Below are positions 18,141 to 32,067 of a stretch of DNA of 52,506 nt, piece after piece (position 1 is the stretch's first letter; each line of letters starts with the position of its first letter). Where the stretch lies: positions 1 through 52,506 of IMG/VR virus record IMGVR_UViG_2534681604_000014. The stretch is one strand, 5' to 3'. This DNA comes from a virus. Taxonomy: Duplodnaviria > Heunggongvirae > Uroviricota > Caudoviricetes. A program made the position numbers and the translations under genes. The notes below the pieces were generated by a model that saw only the letters and a list, made by a program, of their open reading frames with translations, did no database searches and was not told where the DNA came from.

Positions 18141-21100
18141 TTATGCGTATTGTTGGATGACGGCCAGAACGTCCGCCACGTTGTGTTTTGTCTCGATAAT
18201 CCACCAGTTACCCGGGAAATCGCTGTTCTTCGCCTTCGCTGGCAGCCAGCGAGCGCCGAATTTCGCCTTGATTGCGTCTTTCGCACGGAAAAGAATGCCT
18301 TTCATGCCGGACGCCTCCTGAAGCCCAAATACCTCGCCAGCGGCGAATTTTGGTGCGTACATCATCTTCAGGTCGGCGGTGGATACGCGATAATTCAGCC
18401 CAAGAGACTGAGCTATGCTGGTGGCATCACCCTGTATTGATGATAACTCTTCTTGTTTCTCGTTTCTGGCGGCAATTTCTTCCTCCGTGATGTTGCCTAG
18501 GGCCAGGTTTATCCGATCAGCGTCGGCCTGTTTCTCTTCATCGGTGCGTCCGGCAAGAACCGTGTTAATTCTCTGCAATATCTCCACATGATTCTTGCGC
18601 ATGCTGAGCAATTCCGGCGTAACCTCGTTAAGGTCCACCAGCCCAAGGATGGCAAGGTCGGAAAACATTGATACCAGGTTGTAGGTCATGCGATAGCTGA
18701 GTTGGCCATAGGCTGATGGCAACTGCACCGAATCCATTTTATAGGCATCCATAAATTTAGAGCCGTCGTTTACGACTTCCGCAATTGCAGGTGTGATTTT
18801 CCCTGTGGTGGCGGCCTCCCTGATTGCTGTTACCCACGATTGAGTCAGCGCGGCGACTGCATGATTCAGATTGGCTTTCCGTTCTGCTGCAATGCGCGCG
18901 CTTGCAGCGTCCATTGCCTGCTTGATCTCGTCTTTATTGCTGTAAATGCCAATGGTGCCAAACTGTGCTGTGGTGATCTCAAAGTCTGACGCCCGGAACT
19001 CATTAATACCGAAAATGGCATTGGTGACCTCAAGTTCAGAATCACCGTTACGGGTAGCCCCCTGGCTTGTTTTCTCCGGCATTCTGGCGATCGCATCCGC
19101 TATTTTCTCCTGAATTGCTTCAGGGGATAGCGTATCTCCGTATGACGCGATTACATCGCCATAATTGGAGCCAAACAGTTCAGTCAGGAATACTTCTGCC
19201 AAACGGACCTGGCGGTTATTCCCTTCCGACATCATACCAAGCACCCATTTAGCAATTGACGACTTCAGGGCGCCGTCACGGCGATCCGGATAAACCGCAT
19301 GCTTCAGCGGGTCCGTATAGGTACCAACAAAATCAATGCTGTAGCCTGACTCTGTAGTCTGAACGCCGTATGAGTCAGTGATTTTGATCATGCCGCGCTG
19401 CTGGAAACGGTAGAAATCGTCACAGGAAATGATGTCGTTAATCCCGGCGATGGAGACGCCACCACTGATTTTCTGCATAACAGCATCTTCATCGGGAGTT
19501 ACATCCACCTGTTTATCCAGCGTCTTCACATCCCAGTTACCCGATTTGGTACCTTTGAAGGTAAAGATAATCTCCACGTCTGCGCGCTGGCTGTCGAAGT
19601 CCAGCGACTTAATGCGAACGATATCACCGGCACAATCGTAGTATTGGCCTACACGCCATGAGCGATCGCCGATAACAAGGAACTCATTCGCATGGTTAAC
19701 CAGATCAGGATCAACATCCAGAATGCCTTTATTTATTGCATCCTCCACCAGCGGGCGCAGGCGTTTGATATCCGTCGCGGCCTTCTGAGTACGGTTCAAT
19801 AATTTCTCATAACGGGAGATGGCCTGAGAGATATTAGCCTTGCGCTGAATGGCGCTTTTCAACGACGCGCGATACTGTGCTAACAACGTACGGTCTGTGT
19901 GATGGACGCTACCCCAGCGGGCCTTCCAGTCTGCGTTATCAGCTGCTTTGGCCATTGCCGCCTGTTTGAATTTAGCTACCTCGGCGGTGGTCTTTTCAAG
20001 TTCCGCTTTGCTTCGCTCTAATTCAGCGGTAAGTACCTCCACATCCTCGCCAGCTGCGTGCTGCGCCTTGATGTAGTTCTGAAGGTCGATAGTAGCCTGT
20101 TCTTTCTGGCGAGCGCGTTGCGCGGCTTTCGCCTTATCCATTTGAACCTGCATCATTGCCAGACGTTCGCCGTCATCCTTCGCGGTATACATCTGCATTT
20201 CGATCATGTCATTGGCGTCGGCGTTCTCCATTTCTGACTTATCTGAACGGAGGATATCGGAGATCCAGCCTGCTTTACGCTTCAGCGTCTTCAGTCGGTA
20301 TTCATCGAAAGAACCCTTGCCGCAGTAGTAGTGAACGCGAACGCTTGCACGGTTGGAGCCAACTCGGGCACCGCGACCGTTTCGTTGCGCAATACTGGCT
20401 GGAGTCCATGGCAACGTCAGATGATGGATGTCAGTCGTTCCTCGATGCAGGTTGATACCCACCTCTGCCTTTTTGTTGCAGATGATGATCGGAGTCCGGC
20501 CCTCCTGGAAGTCGGCTGCAATCTTTTCCAGACCGCCCAACGACATTTCATTTTGCTGCGCGATATAGGCGTCATACAGAGCCATTTGCTCGTTGTATTT
20601 CGCTATCTGTGCATCTGTTGGTTCATCCGATAACTCTTTCGGCGGTTTAACCGCTTTCAGTTTCTTACCGGTTTTACCTGCCTCGGCAACCGTCTGAGCA
20701 TTCAGGATCCCCACCTTTGAAGGTTCAAGGTTAAGAGCATTGCAGATAATGCGCTTGAGTTTCTGGTGCTGCGTTTTTTCGTCCGTGAAGATGATTTGCT
20801 TACCTTCCGGGAAAAACTCCTTCAGCGTGGCGATCAGCTTCGCGTATTTGGGTGTAACGGGGTGAGTTACGGTCTGTTCGTCAATGCCAAACCTGGCCAG
20901 GCGCTTATTCACTTCCTGCTCGAACGCTTCCGGAACCTGCAACTGAATAAACTCGCCCTTATCTATCAGGGAGTATTGCGATTGCTGCGTGATTGAATCA
21001 TCACTGTCGTCGTCTTCGCTGGTGGCTTGTTTAGGCAAACTGTCCGCCAGCTGCTGCACCGCATCGGCGTACTCCGGCAGGAAACGATAGGTGATCCGGC

Positions 21101-24100
21101 GATAGTACAGGTCCATGTCAGTACATACGCGGTCCATATCCCTGATTATTGAGAAGATCGGACGGGCTTTCTCGTGCTCAATCACGCCGTCTTCATTGAC
21201 CGAGGTCGTTACGCCATTGTTGGCTTTTGCTGCCGCTTCCGCCTGCTGACGCAATTCTTCATACGCCGCCAGTTGTTCTTCAGTAAGTGGTGCATCCTGC
21301 TGGTGTTCGTCCAGTTCCGGGATCTCCACGGTATCCTTAACGTCTTCCGCCGTTTTAAGCGTTGTCCAGCGATGGAATATGCCGCGCAGCGCATCAAGGT
21401 TTTCAAAACCCACCAGCGCCATTTTTTCTTCAACTTCACCGCTGATTTTCTGTACCGTTTCCAGCCTGGTCTTGCCGAAGAATTTAACGAAGTCATCAGG
21501 ACCGTAGATCCCCATCTTCTGCCAGTATTCCTTCGGCAGAACATGAGAAAGCATGTTGTATGCATCGATCGGGGTGTTAACGACTGGCGTTGCAGTCAGG
21601 AGAACCGGTCCGCGCCCGCCATTCTTTTTCATCAGGTACGCGTTTTTGATTGCCATATCTCGCGCCGATTGCGCCACCGCGCTGGTGGGCAGATAGGCCA
21701 GCTGTGACGCTTCGCGACCATTTTTATAGCTATTGCGGTAGTTGTGGCCTTCGTCAGCAATCACGCTGTCGAAGCCCATATCCTCAAAGTACGGATACTT
21801 CTCTGCTTTTTCGGTACCGGTATCTGAATACTCCGACAATACCCGGCGACGCGCCGCCTCTTTGCGGTGGGAGTCGGAGTCCATTGCGCTGGCTACGCGC
21901 CCGGCAGCAACGAAGTCATAAAGCATATCCTGTGCATGCTCATCTACGGTGTCATCACGTAGCGGAATGCGGGCGTATTGTTCTTTGGTAAACACGACTG
22001 CACGGTAATTTGAGTGCGGGATCGCATTCATCCGCGCCGTGATAGTGGCTTCATCTGCCAGTTTAAGGGCATCGCGCATAACTGGAGTACCATCAGTACC
22101 AAGAACAGGTTTACCGTTCTCATCGAGCACCGGCACCTGGCGAATCTGATCGCTGTCCATCAGTACATCCAGACCGACGAACAGGTAGTTACTGAAGGCT
22201 TCTTCACTCAGGAACTCTTTTGCTTCGTAATACCAGTTTTCCAGCACTGATTTAGGCACTACATAAGCAGTACGGGTGGAGCGACCGTTCTCATAGTTGA
22301 ACGCCTCAAGCGCCAGCGCGGTCGTGGTTTTACCCAGCCCGGTACCGAAGCCCAGGATGCCGCGCCCATCTTCGGACAGTCTGCGCACCTCGCTATTCTG
22401 GTAATCAAATGGCTGTCGCTTACCGCTTAATCCCTTCAACCCAAGCGGATCGCCAGAGTGTTCATACGGGATATTGCTATTGAAAACATCGTTGTATTTG
22501 GCAACCAGCTCATCGTAGCGATCGTGCGTCTTGATCCACTTATTGAACTGGTCCTCAAGCAGTGCCATCTGCTCGCGGTAGCCGTTCGCCGTCGCGCTAT
22601 CTTTTCCACCGATACGCGCACCATTGAGATACTTTTCCAGCTGTGCCGGGAACCCGGTCGCGTTTTCACCTGATTTACGGTCCCACTCGTAGCGGATCTC
22701 GCCTGTTTCTTTATCCTTGCGCTGGACGACACCGTATCGGTGCCCGACGAACAGACCATCACCACCGTGATAGGTGTCAGAAACCATTTCGTCGCCTTCC
22801 AGCTGCACTGACTGCACATAGCGCAGATCCGGATAGCCGTTTTCCTGCAAAAACTCCAGAATGACGGAGCGGTCGAACCAACGGCTATTGAGCTTAAAGC
22901 GGATATTCTCTGCTGGCGTCTTGATGCGCTTCTCTTCGATCGCTGCCAGCTGATTAAGGACGTTGTTCTTTACTGGACCGTCGGGGAGTGTGGCAAGGAA
23001 TTCCTGTTTTGGAGCCACTATCTCGTTAATGTCGCCGCTGGTGGCGCGGGCGAACGGAACAATCCCGCCATACGGTGAAACCGCAATACCAGGGGTGCTG
23101 GCCAATAAATTAAGCAACTCTTCATCACTGGCTGGCAGTTCGCCGGTAAACGCAAGGCGGAAATCATCGAGCTGGATTGGATCGCGGGTAAGATCGCTAT
23201 AGAGATAACGCAGGGTGTCCTGATAGCTGGTGGAGTCATAACTGGCGCTGGAATCATGCGTAACCAGCTTTCCTGTCAGCTCGTCAGAAATAGTGCCATC
23301 CAGCTTAATTGCACCACGGAAAGCAAACCAGGCGCGCGCACCGCTTCCCGATAATTTAGCTATCGGACCGCGACCGGGGTTACCAAAACGGTCAATCTCT
23401 GCCTGCAAACGGGATACCAGAGAAAGGCGCTGCTGTTCGATTTGTTCAGCACTATGCCCGGCGGCCTTCATGTCCTGATATTCAATTAACATCCGGCCAA
23501 TCATCGCCCCGCGATACAAGCGTTCACGGTATTTTTCAGGCTGGCTGTTAATCCAGTCCACCAGCTGCACCATATCGTCGCTGATTGATGTGGTGTACTT
23601 ATCGCGGACATTTGCCATCTGGGTAAATGTCATACCGAGACGGCCTTCTGTTGTAGTCAGGTTACGCTGAAGAGCCTCCCAGCTATCCGCGCCATAACTG
23701 GCAGCATCAATCTTAAGCTCCTTACCAGCATCAGCTTCAATCCAGCGACCACCAGCATATTTTTGCCATACGCCATTAATCAGGCGCATTTCCCCTTCAT
23801 CAACAACATCTGCGGTCGGTGACGGTTCAGCCATATCGAGCAAAGACCAGTCGATACGACTTTCGAAACGATGAATCAGCTTCGCTTTAAGAGCCTGGTT
23901 ATCAATCTGCCCGTCGGCACGAACCTCAATACGCCCCTGGAATCCCTTCTCCTGGGTGCCATGAACAAACCGGCGGCCGTCCTTTTCAAACCACTTGCCA
24001 GAAATAAACGTTGGCCAAAGCACATTTGCCGATTCAAGAGTGCTTTTATCCACCAGGGGGATTTTCTCAGCCATCTCTGCCGAATGTTTGCGCATCAGCA

Positions 24101-24908
24101 CCACATCAACGACTGTACTGGTCCCGTTTGCGTCAAAAGTACCGGTAGGCAAGCGGTGAGCGCCAAGAAATTCAGCTTTCCGTGATAGGCGCAGGCGTAA
24201 CCGCTTCATGTTTGAACCTGAAACAATGGACGGCGGCACAATCACACACATGAATCCGCCTGGCTTTATCTTGTCCAGCATGCGGAGCATGAAGTAAGAC
24301 CCCATGTCCGTTTCTTCTGCGTAAGGCTTATCGATGTTGCGTGTGTTATCACGACCGCCGAACGGAACGTTACCCACAACATGGTCGAATGAATCGTTAG
24401 GCGTGCTTACAGCCAGTTGTTCGAACGGGGAAATCTGTACGCTGTCTTCCGGATGTAACAGCTGGTTTATACGACCGGAAACACTGCTGATCTCAGTCGC
24501 GGTCATCACCGTACCAACCGGTTTTGTCTCATTAAAAACGCCGGTGCCCGCCGATGGTTCCAGAGTGTTACCTACGTCCGCGCCGTAGAGCTTCATGATC
24601 TCCCAGACACCTTCAGCGATCGGCTTTGGTGTGTAATATTCGGAGACGGACCCGCCAATGCCGCCTTCACCAGTGTACCCGGCCAGGATCTGGCGCTGTT
24701 CATCTGTCAGTGTCGCGCCGTCCACCAGTGAATTAAGCAAATCTATCGCCTTCTGATTCGCCTCCCGGCGCAGTCGGTCATAGCTTTTGCCTTCCACCTT
24801 TTCCACGCCGTATTTAATCGGCGCTCGGTGAGATGCTATTGCCCTAATGTATTTCAATATTTCGCTGACACTTGAACAGCGAAACACCCCCATAGATAGC
24901 TTGTTCAT
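18141..24908 (-). CDS. darB: DarB anti-restriction protein (N6-adenine MTase plus SF2 helicase)
   Basis: 2255 aa; MTase motifs EPSAGTG and NVPFGG; helicase GLGKT and DEGH. Confidence 0.9.
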   Translation of the reverse strand: MNKLSMGVFRCSSVSEILKYIRAIASHRAPIKYGVEKVEGKSYDRLRREANQKAIDLLNSLVDGATLTDEQRQILAGYTGEGGIGGSVSEYYTPKPIAEGVWEIMKLYGADVGNTLEPSAGTGVFNETKPVGTVMTATEISSVSGRINQLLHPEDSVQISPFEQLAVSTPNDSFDHVVGNVPFGGRDNTRNIDKPYAEETDMGSYFMLRMLDKIKPGGFMCVIVPPSIVSGSNMKRLRLRLSRKAEFLGAHRLPTGTFDANGTSTVVDVVLMRKHSAEMAEKIPLVDKSTLESANVLWPTFISGKWFEKDGRRFVHGTQEKGFQGRIEVRADGQIDNQALKAKLIHRFESRIDWSLLDMAEPSPTADVVDEGEMRLINGVWQKYAGGRWIEADAGKELKIDAASYGADSWEALQRNLTTTEGRLGMTFTQMANVRDKYTTSISDDMVQLVDWINSQPEKYRERLYRGAMIGRMLIEYQDMKAAGHSAEQIEQQRLSLVSRLQAEIDRFGNPGRGPIAKLSGSGARAWFAFRGAIKLDGTISDELTGKLVTHDSSASYDSTSYQDTLRYLYSDLTRDPIQLDDFRLAFTGELPASDEELLNLLASTPGIAVSPYGGIVPFARATSGDINEIVAPKQEFLATLPDGPVKNNVLNQLAAIEEKRIKTPAENIRFKLNSRWFDRSVILEFLQENGYPDLRYVQSVQLEGDEMVSDTYHGGDGLFVGHRYGVVQRKDKETGEIRYEWDRKSGENATGFPAQLEKYLNGARIGGKDSATANGYREQMALLEDQFNKWIKTHDRYDELVAKYNDVFNSNIPYEHSGDPLGLKGLSGKRQPFDYQNSEVRRLSEDGRGILGFGTGLGKTTTALALEAFNYENGRSTRTAYVVPKSVLENWYYEAKEFLSEEAFSNYLFVGLDVLMDSDQIRQVPVLDENGKPVLGTDGTPVMRDALKLADEATITARMNAIPHSNYRAVVFTKEQYARIPLRDDTVDEHAQDMLYDFVAAGRVASAMDSDSHRKEAARRRVLSEYSDTGTEKAEKYPYFEDMGFDSVIADEGHNYRNSYKNGREASQLAYLPTSAVAQSARDMAIKNAYLMKKNGGRGPVLLTATPVVNTPIDAYNMLSHVLPKEYWQKMGIYGPDDFVKFFGKTRLETVQKISGEVEEKMALVGFENLDALRGIFHRWTTLKTAEDVKDTVEIPELDEHQQDAPLTEEQLAAYEELRQQAEAAAKANNGVTTSVNEDGVIEHEKARPIFSIIRDMDRVCTDMDLYYRRITYRFLPEYADAVQQLADSLPKQATSEDDDSDDSITQQSQYSLIDKGEFIQLQVPEAFEQEVNKRLARFGIDEQTVTHPVTPKYAKLIATLKEFFPEGKQIIFTDEKTQHQKLKRIICNALNLEPSKVGILNAQTVAEAGKTGKKLKAVKPPKELSDEPTDAQIAKYNEQMALYDAYIAQQNEMSLGGLEKIAADFQEGRTPIIICNKKAEVGINLHRGTTDIHHLTLPWTPASIAQRNGRGARVGSNRASVRVHYYCGKGSFDEYRLKTLKRKAGWISDILRSDKSEMENADANDMIEMQMYTAKDDGERLAMMQVQMDKAKAAQRARQKEQATIDLQNYIKAQHAAGEDVEVLTAELERSKAELEKTTAEVAKFKQAAMAKAADNADWKARWGSVHHTDRTLLAQYRASLKSAIQRKANISQAISRYEKLLNRTQKAATDIKRLRPLVEDAINKGILDVDPDLVNHANEFLVIGDRSWRVGQYYDCAGDIVRIKSLDFDSQRADVEIIFTFKGTKSGNWDVKTLDKQVDVTPDEDAVMQKISGGVSIAGINDIISCDDFYRFQQRGMIKITDSYGVQTTESGYSIDFVGTYTDPLKHAVYPDRRDGALKSSIAKWVLGMMSEGNNRQVRLAEVFLTELFGSNYGDVIASYGDTLSPEAIQEKIADAIARMPEKTSQGATRNGDSELEVTNAIFGINEFRASDFEITTAQFGTIGIYSNKDEIKQAMDAASARIAAERKANLNHAVAALTQSWVTAIREAATTGKITPAIAEVVNDGSKFMDAYKMDSVQLPSAYGQLSYRMTYNLVSMFSDLAILGLVDLNEVTPELLSMRKNHVEILQRINTVLAGRTDEEKQADADRINLALGNITEEEIAARNEKQEELSSIQGDATSIAQSLGLNYRVSTADLKMMYAPKFAAGEVFGLQEASGMKGILFRAKDAIKAKFGARWLPAKAKNSDFPGNWWIIETKHNVADVLAVIQQYA

Positions 24909-24974
24909 TGGTAATCCTTAACAAGTGACTAGTGTTAAATTCCGTTAAAACACGATGCGAATTATTCTAATTAA

Positions 24975-27706
<2,732 letters not shown>

Positions 27707-27717
27707 CCACCAAAAAT

Positions 27718-27739
27718 AACCCCGGCGGCTGCCGGGGTT
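27718..27739 (+). terminator. stem-loop after pro
   Basis: AACCCCGGC-GGCT-GCCGGGGTT. Confidence 0.5.
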
Positions 27740-27997
27740 CTCGTTAACTATTATCGCCTTCGTCTGCGTGCCATATATTTGCGCACCGCTCGACGTGGGC
27801 AATCTGAAGCGGTTTCTTTCTGCTGCATCAATCTTGCAGCCATGCTCAAAAATGTCAGGCACAGCCGAAGCCCGGCATATAATAGCGGTTCCAGTGGCCA
27901 CGTCTCATTGAGCACATATACCGCCATGAAAATCGAGTCGAAAACTATCGCCGCCAGCGATAACTTCATTGTCGAAAGTCGGCGGAGCTGCCGGAGT

Positions 27998-28555
27998 TTA
28001 TTCATTGACTAGCCCCGTCAGGCAAAGCTGGCGTTCTTTTTCACGGCGAATCTTTAAACCTCGCAAGGGCACGCCGTTACTGTTCACGAAATCAGGGAGA
28101 TGGTTACACATATTCACCCATTCCCCTTTCTGCGCCCACTTGTGGATGGACGTTTCGACTCGCATGCCTCGCGCTTTGCTGTAGTAGGTCCGTAAACTAT
28201 TGCATCCCATATTGAATGCCGCGCTTGTCATTGCGCTGAAGGCATTATCGGGCATGTTTTTGCCCCGGAAGTGCTGATTAATACAGCGTTCAGCGATCAG
28301 GATATTCTTTTCCCAATCAGCGGCGATTTGCTGGTCTGTTTTTCGCACACCCGGCGTTACCCCGTGTGTATTACCGATCCCGTCAGTCCATACCCCCGCC
28401 GGGCACATGTATGGATCACGTCGGCAACCTTCAGCGTTACCAATCAGCTCAAGCCCCGCCTGGTTGGTTCGCACATTGCCATTACCCATCACGATGGTAA
28501 TCATCACCGCGATAGCGCAAATTGCACCGCCTCCTGCGGCTGTTTTTCCCTTCAT
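27998..28555 (-). CDS. lyz: SAR endolysin Lyz
   Basis: 185 aa from the internal ATG (MKGKTAAGGGAICAIAVMITIVMG...), a Gly/Ala-rich signal-anchor-release segment. Confidence 0.85.
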   Translation of the reverse strand: MKGKTAAGGGAICAIAVMITIVMGNGNVRTNQAGLELIGNAEGCRRDPYMCPAGVWTDGIGNTHGVTPGVRKTDQQIAADWEKNILIAERCINQHFRGKNMPDNAFSAMTSAAFNMGCNSLRTYYSKARGMRVETSIHKWAQKGEWVNMCNHLPDFVNSNGVPLRGLKIRREKERQLCLTGLVNE

Positions 28556-28688
28556 AAAGACCTCATAAGCGAATTTTTTACGCTCCAGGACAAACACTAA
28601 TTCACAGCCAATACTGACTGACTCGATCCCTTTAGAAGGCACAGGATAATGCAAATCACTTGTTAGCTACGTTTCAAAGATATACATT

Positions 28689-28705
28689 ATTGCTCTAATT
28701 AATTT
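28689..28705 (+). promoter_or_regulatory. C1 operator upstream of ssb
   Basis: ATTGCTCTAATTAATTT, 16 of 17 to consensus. Confidence 0.7.
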
Positions 28706-28724
28706 CCTTTATTAGGTAAGATAA

Positions 28725-29213
28725 GTGGCACAACGCGGTGTAAACAAAGTCATCCTGATTGGTACCCTGGGGCAAGACCCGGAGATCAGGTATATACCAA
28801 ATGGCGGAGCGGTCGGAAGACTCAGCATCGCAACGAATGAATCATGGCGCGACAAGCAAACGGGCCAACAGAAAGAGCAAACAGAATGGCATAAAGTCGT
28901 TTTGTTCGGAAAACTTGCTGAAATTGCGAGTGAGTATTTACGAAAAGGTTCTCAGGTCTACATCGAAGGGAAACTTAAAACCCGTAAGTGGACAGATGAC
29001 GCCGGTGTAGAACGTTACACGACGGAAATTATCGTCAGCCAGGGCGGCACCATGCAAATGATCGGCGCTCGCCGTGACGATTCACAGTCCTCAAATGGCT
29101 GGGGGCAATCAAACCAACCTCAAAACCACCAGCAATACAGCGGTGGTGGTAAACCTCCGAGCAACACCAATAACGAACCTCCAATGGACTTTGACGACGA
29201 TATTCCGTTTTGA
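28725..29213 (+). CDS. ssb: single-stranded DNA-binding protein
   Basis: 162 aa, GTG start, OB-fold-type sequence, acidic tail DFDDDIPF. Confidence 0.9.
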   Translation: MAQRGVNKVILIGTLGQDPEIRYIPNGGAVGRLSIATNESWRDKQTGQQKEQTEWHKVVLFGKLAEIASEYLRKGSQVYIEGKLKTRKWTDDAGVERYTTEIIVSQGGTMQMIGARRDDSQSSNGWGQSNQPQNHQQYSGGGKPPSNTNNEPPMDFDDDIPF

Positions 29214-29500
29214 GAGGACTGGAAGCAGCTAGATTGCTTAGGGAGAATATATTCCGTGCGAATGAATTTGATCAGAACATTACCTGCACAATGCGTGCTG
29301 AAGTTCAAACTGTAGCCATAGTCAATACCAGAAGCCTGTTCAGTGAACTCTTGATAACATGTGAACTTTATTTAATCGCTATTTTTAGCGTTAAAAATAA
29401 CATTGCCTAGCTGGTGTGAAAAAATGGGCGCAACAAAGCGCCCCAACAGTAGAGTATTCAAATCAATAAAAGGGTAATAAATAACATGAAGTTAAATTGA

Positions 29501-29525
29501 GAAGAGGCAAGGTTATTGCCTCTTC
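29501..29525 (-). terminator. stem-loop downstream of the porin gene
   Basis: GAAGAGGCAA-GGTTA-TTGCCTCTTC, 10-bp stem. Confidence 0.5.
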
Positions 29526-29601
29526 AAAAGGTGACATGAGGGTGCCACCTATATGCGGGCAGTGACATTACTTCCTTCCCGCATATTCTTACCTAACCAA
29601 A

Positions 29602-30717
29602 TTAGAATTGGTAGGTCATACCAACAGCAACGATGTTGTCGGTTGCAACTTTAGATTCTTTGGTAAAGTCACTTTCATCAATCAGGTTGATCTTGTAGTC
29701 AACGAAAGCGGACATATTTTTGTTGAAGTAATAAGTCGCACCCAAGTCGATGTATTCAACCAGATCCTGGCTGCCGAACTCACCAATATTTTCACCGCGA
29801 GAGTGCAGATAAGCGATGGACGGACGCAGGCCGAAATCAAACTGGTATTGAGCAACAGCTTCAAAGTTTTTCGCCTTGTTCGCGATAAAGTCATCACCGA
29901 AGACAGTCATATTCTGAGTTTCAGAATAAGTTGCAGCCAGGTAAATGTTATTTGCGTCATATTTCAGGCCAGTAGCCCATACTTCAGCAGTTTTACCAGA
30001 AGCATTCAGAGGATCTTTTTTAGCATAGGATTCCTGCCCATCAGTACGATCAGATTTTGCATAGGTTGCACCAACGCCAAATCCTTCATAATCGTAAGTA
30101 GCAGACAGACCAAAGCCATCACCATTAGATTCAACTACGTCGTCACGGCCTTTCCAGTTGTTCACTTTTGCAGCACTATCATTTTTACCTTGATACTGCA
30201 AAGCAAAGTTCAGACCATCAACCAGGCCGAAGAAATCATTGTTACGGTAGGTGGCTACGCCAGTAGCACGCTGGGTCATAAATACATCGGTCTGAGTCCA
30301 GGTATCTCCACCAAACTCAGGCAGCACGTCAGTCCAAGCGCCAATATCATAAGCTACACCATAGTTGCGACCATAGTCGATTGAACCATAATCAGCAAAA
30401 CGGAGGCCAGCAAATGCAAGACGAGTTTTATCTTTATCAGAGCCCTCAGATTCAGTACGGTTACCTTTAAATTCGTACTCCCACTGACCAAAACCGGTTA
30501 ACTGGTCATTAATCTGAGTTTCACCTTTGAATCCCAGACGAGCATAAGTCTTATCTCCGTCATCACTAGCTGAAGAAGAGAAGTAATGTTCTGCGTTAAC
30601 TTTGCCGTACAGATCCAGTTTATTACCGTCTTTGTTGTAGATTTCAGCTGCTTGCGCAGACATTGCCATCAGGACAGATGCTGCAACCGCAGAGAGTGCC
30701 ACTGTGATTTTTTTCAT
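29602..30717 (-). CDS. outer-membrane general porin (OmpC/OmpF/PhoE family)
   Basis: 371 aa; signal peptide ending AQA-AEIYNK; conserved porin blocks ([68 protein letters not shown]); C-terminal YQF. Confidence 0.9.
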   Translation of the reverse strand: MKKITVALSAVAASVLMAMSAQAAEIYNKDGNKLDLYGKVNAEHYFSSSASDDGDKTYARLGFKGETQINDQLTGFGQWEYEFKGNRTESEGSDKDKTRLAFAGLRFADYGSIDYGRNYGVAYDIGAWTDVLPEFGGDTWTQTDVFMTQRATGVATYRNNDFFGLVDGLNFALQYQGKNDSAAKVNNWKGRDDVVESNGDGFGLSATYDYEGFGVGATYAKSDRTDGQESYAKKDPLNASGKTAEVWATGLKYDANNIYLAATYSETQNMTVFGDDFIANKAKNFEAVAQYQFDFGLRPSIAYLHSRGENIGEFGSQDLVEYIDLGATYYFNKNMSAFVDYKINLIDESDFTKESKVATDNIVAVGMTYQF

Positions 30718-30829
30718 TTTTTTTGCCCTTTAGATTGAACTTTTCAGTAGAAAAGAGGTCACTGCGGACAAATGTTTATCTTTTTTGGATTCGTGTTTCA
30801 AGTTTTGCAAATAAAAAACAAGATATTTT

Positions 30830-30845
30830 TGTGATCAAAATCACA
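30830..30845. promoter_or_regulatory. CRP-like palindrome upstream of the porin gene
   Basis: TGTGA-TCAAAA-TCACA, 113-128 bp upstream of the porin start. Confidence 0.4.
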
Positions 30846-31548
30846 AATAATGCCCTTAAAAATCCAATGGGCTATTGGAAAAATCTCAATTTACAGAATA
30901 AAAACTGACAAAACAGTTCAAAATACAATCAATAATAAGAGCAAGATAACTCACAATTAAATTAGCATAAAAATAATAACCACAAGAATAGATAGCATGT
31001 TAATTAACAAGGCAATTTTATTGGATGTAGATTTGAAATCTACTTAAAAAATATAATCAATTTAATTACGGTCCATTAGGTATTAAACTGAATCTATATT
31101 GTGAGAATTAAAGACGATGTGTTTTAGTTATACATGTTATTCCCTGGAAAAGAGACTTGCCTCATCGAATTCTTATTAATAACGAACCAAGTCAATTCAT
31201 TTTAGTATGTGTATCTATTTGCTCCCTGAATATGCAATGATGGTTAGACAAGTAAGATAGTGAGAATTAAAATTAATCAGGAGTCACTTGTTAATAAATG
31301 CAACTTAATTTTAACATCTCACACTGATTATAATATTTCCTGGAAGCCTTATGAATACATATTCTGATAACATACACAACCTTATCGATATAGCCAAATT
31401 AGCTGTAGCCATGAGGGAACATGGCTATTTTTTTCGCACTTCGTCGAGGAATAGATGTTAATTTTTGTGCTGATTTAAACGGGAGTGGCACACAAGGGAT
31501 ATTCATAAGAAAAAAAGTTTTAACGCGTATGAGCCAAGTTTTATTGAA

Positions 31549-31956
31549 GTGATTTTCGAACCCACTCATAAAAACGATGATTCATTTCTATACGAAGAGG
31601 ACCTTACTACCGATCAACGAAAAGACTACGAACCTAGTATTAACAGAGGAAAACATCGATTCGTTGCCCGACGTGCTAAGCTAAATCTCGACTGGGACAG
31701 TAATGAAATCCACCAATGGCGTTTGGATATTGAGCGACTTACTAAACCACACAACACTCTTAATGACTGGTTAAAAAATGATTCAGAGATAATGATAATA
31801 CATCGCTGCGGCGGTTATAGGTTCCGTGAACCTGTGATTCTCTCTCAAAGAGACATTAAACAATATGTAGCTTCAGGATTGACTCTGGAAGATTTAAAAA
31901 ATCGGCTAAAGTGCTCAATATGTGGTGAGCGAAACGCCAAAATTAAAGTTTTTTGA
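31549..31956 (+). CDS. hypothetical protein in AT-rich island
   Basis: 135-aa ORF, GTG start without a clear SD; C-terminal CxxC. Confidence 0.3.
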   Translation: MIFEPTHKNDDSFLYEEDLTTDQRKDYEPSINRGKHRFVARRAKLNLDWDSNEIHQWRLDIERLTKPHNTLNDWLKNDSEIMIIHRCGGYRFREPVILSQRDIKQYVASGLTLEDLKNRLKCSICGERNAKIKVF

Positions 31957-32067
31957 TCTACTTTAATAGCAAATGGCTTGCTTCCATAACCTAAAGCAAG
32001 CCACTACACATTTACCTTAAGTACACAATAACATACCAGAACAGGTTATTTTTGCACTATCAGGGAG

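Noticed and set aside
18866-24588. Numerous 60-180 aa ORFs on the plus strand inside darB (for example 21174-21707 and 20331-20633)
   Set aside because: They lie antisense within a single uninterrupted 2255-aa gene with clear domain motifs, so they are frame artefacts.
27998-28654. 218-aa extended endolysin ORF
   Set aside because: The SAR endolysin begins at the internal MKGKTAAGGG start (28555); the upstream extension has no support.
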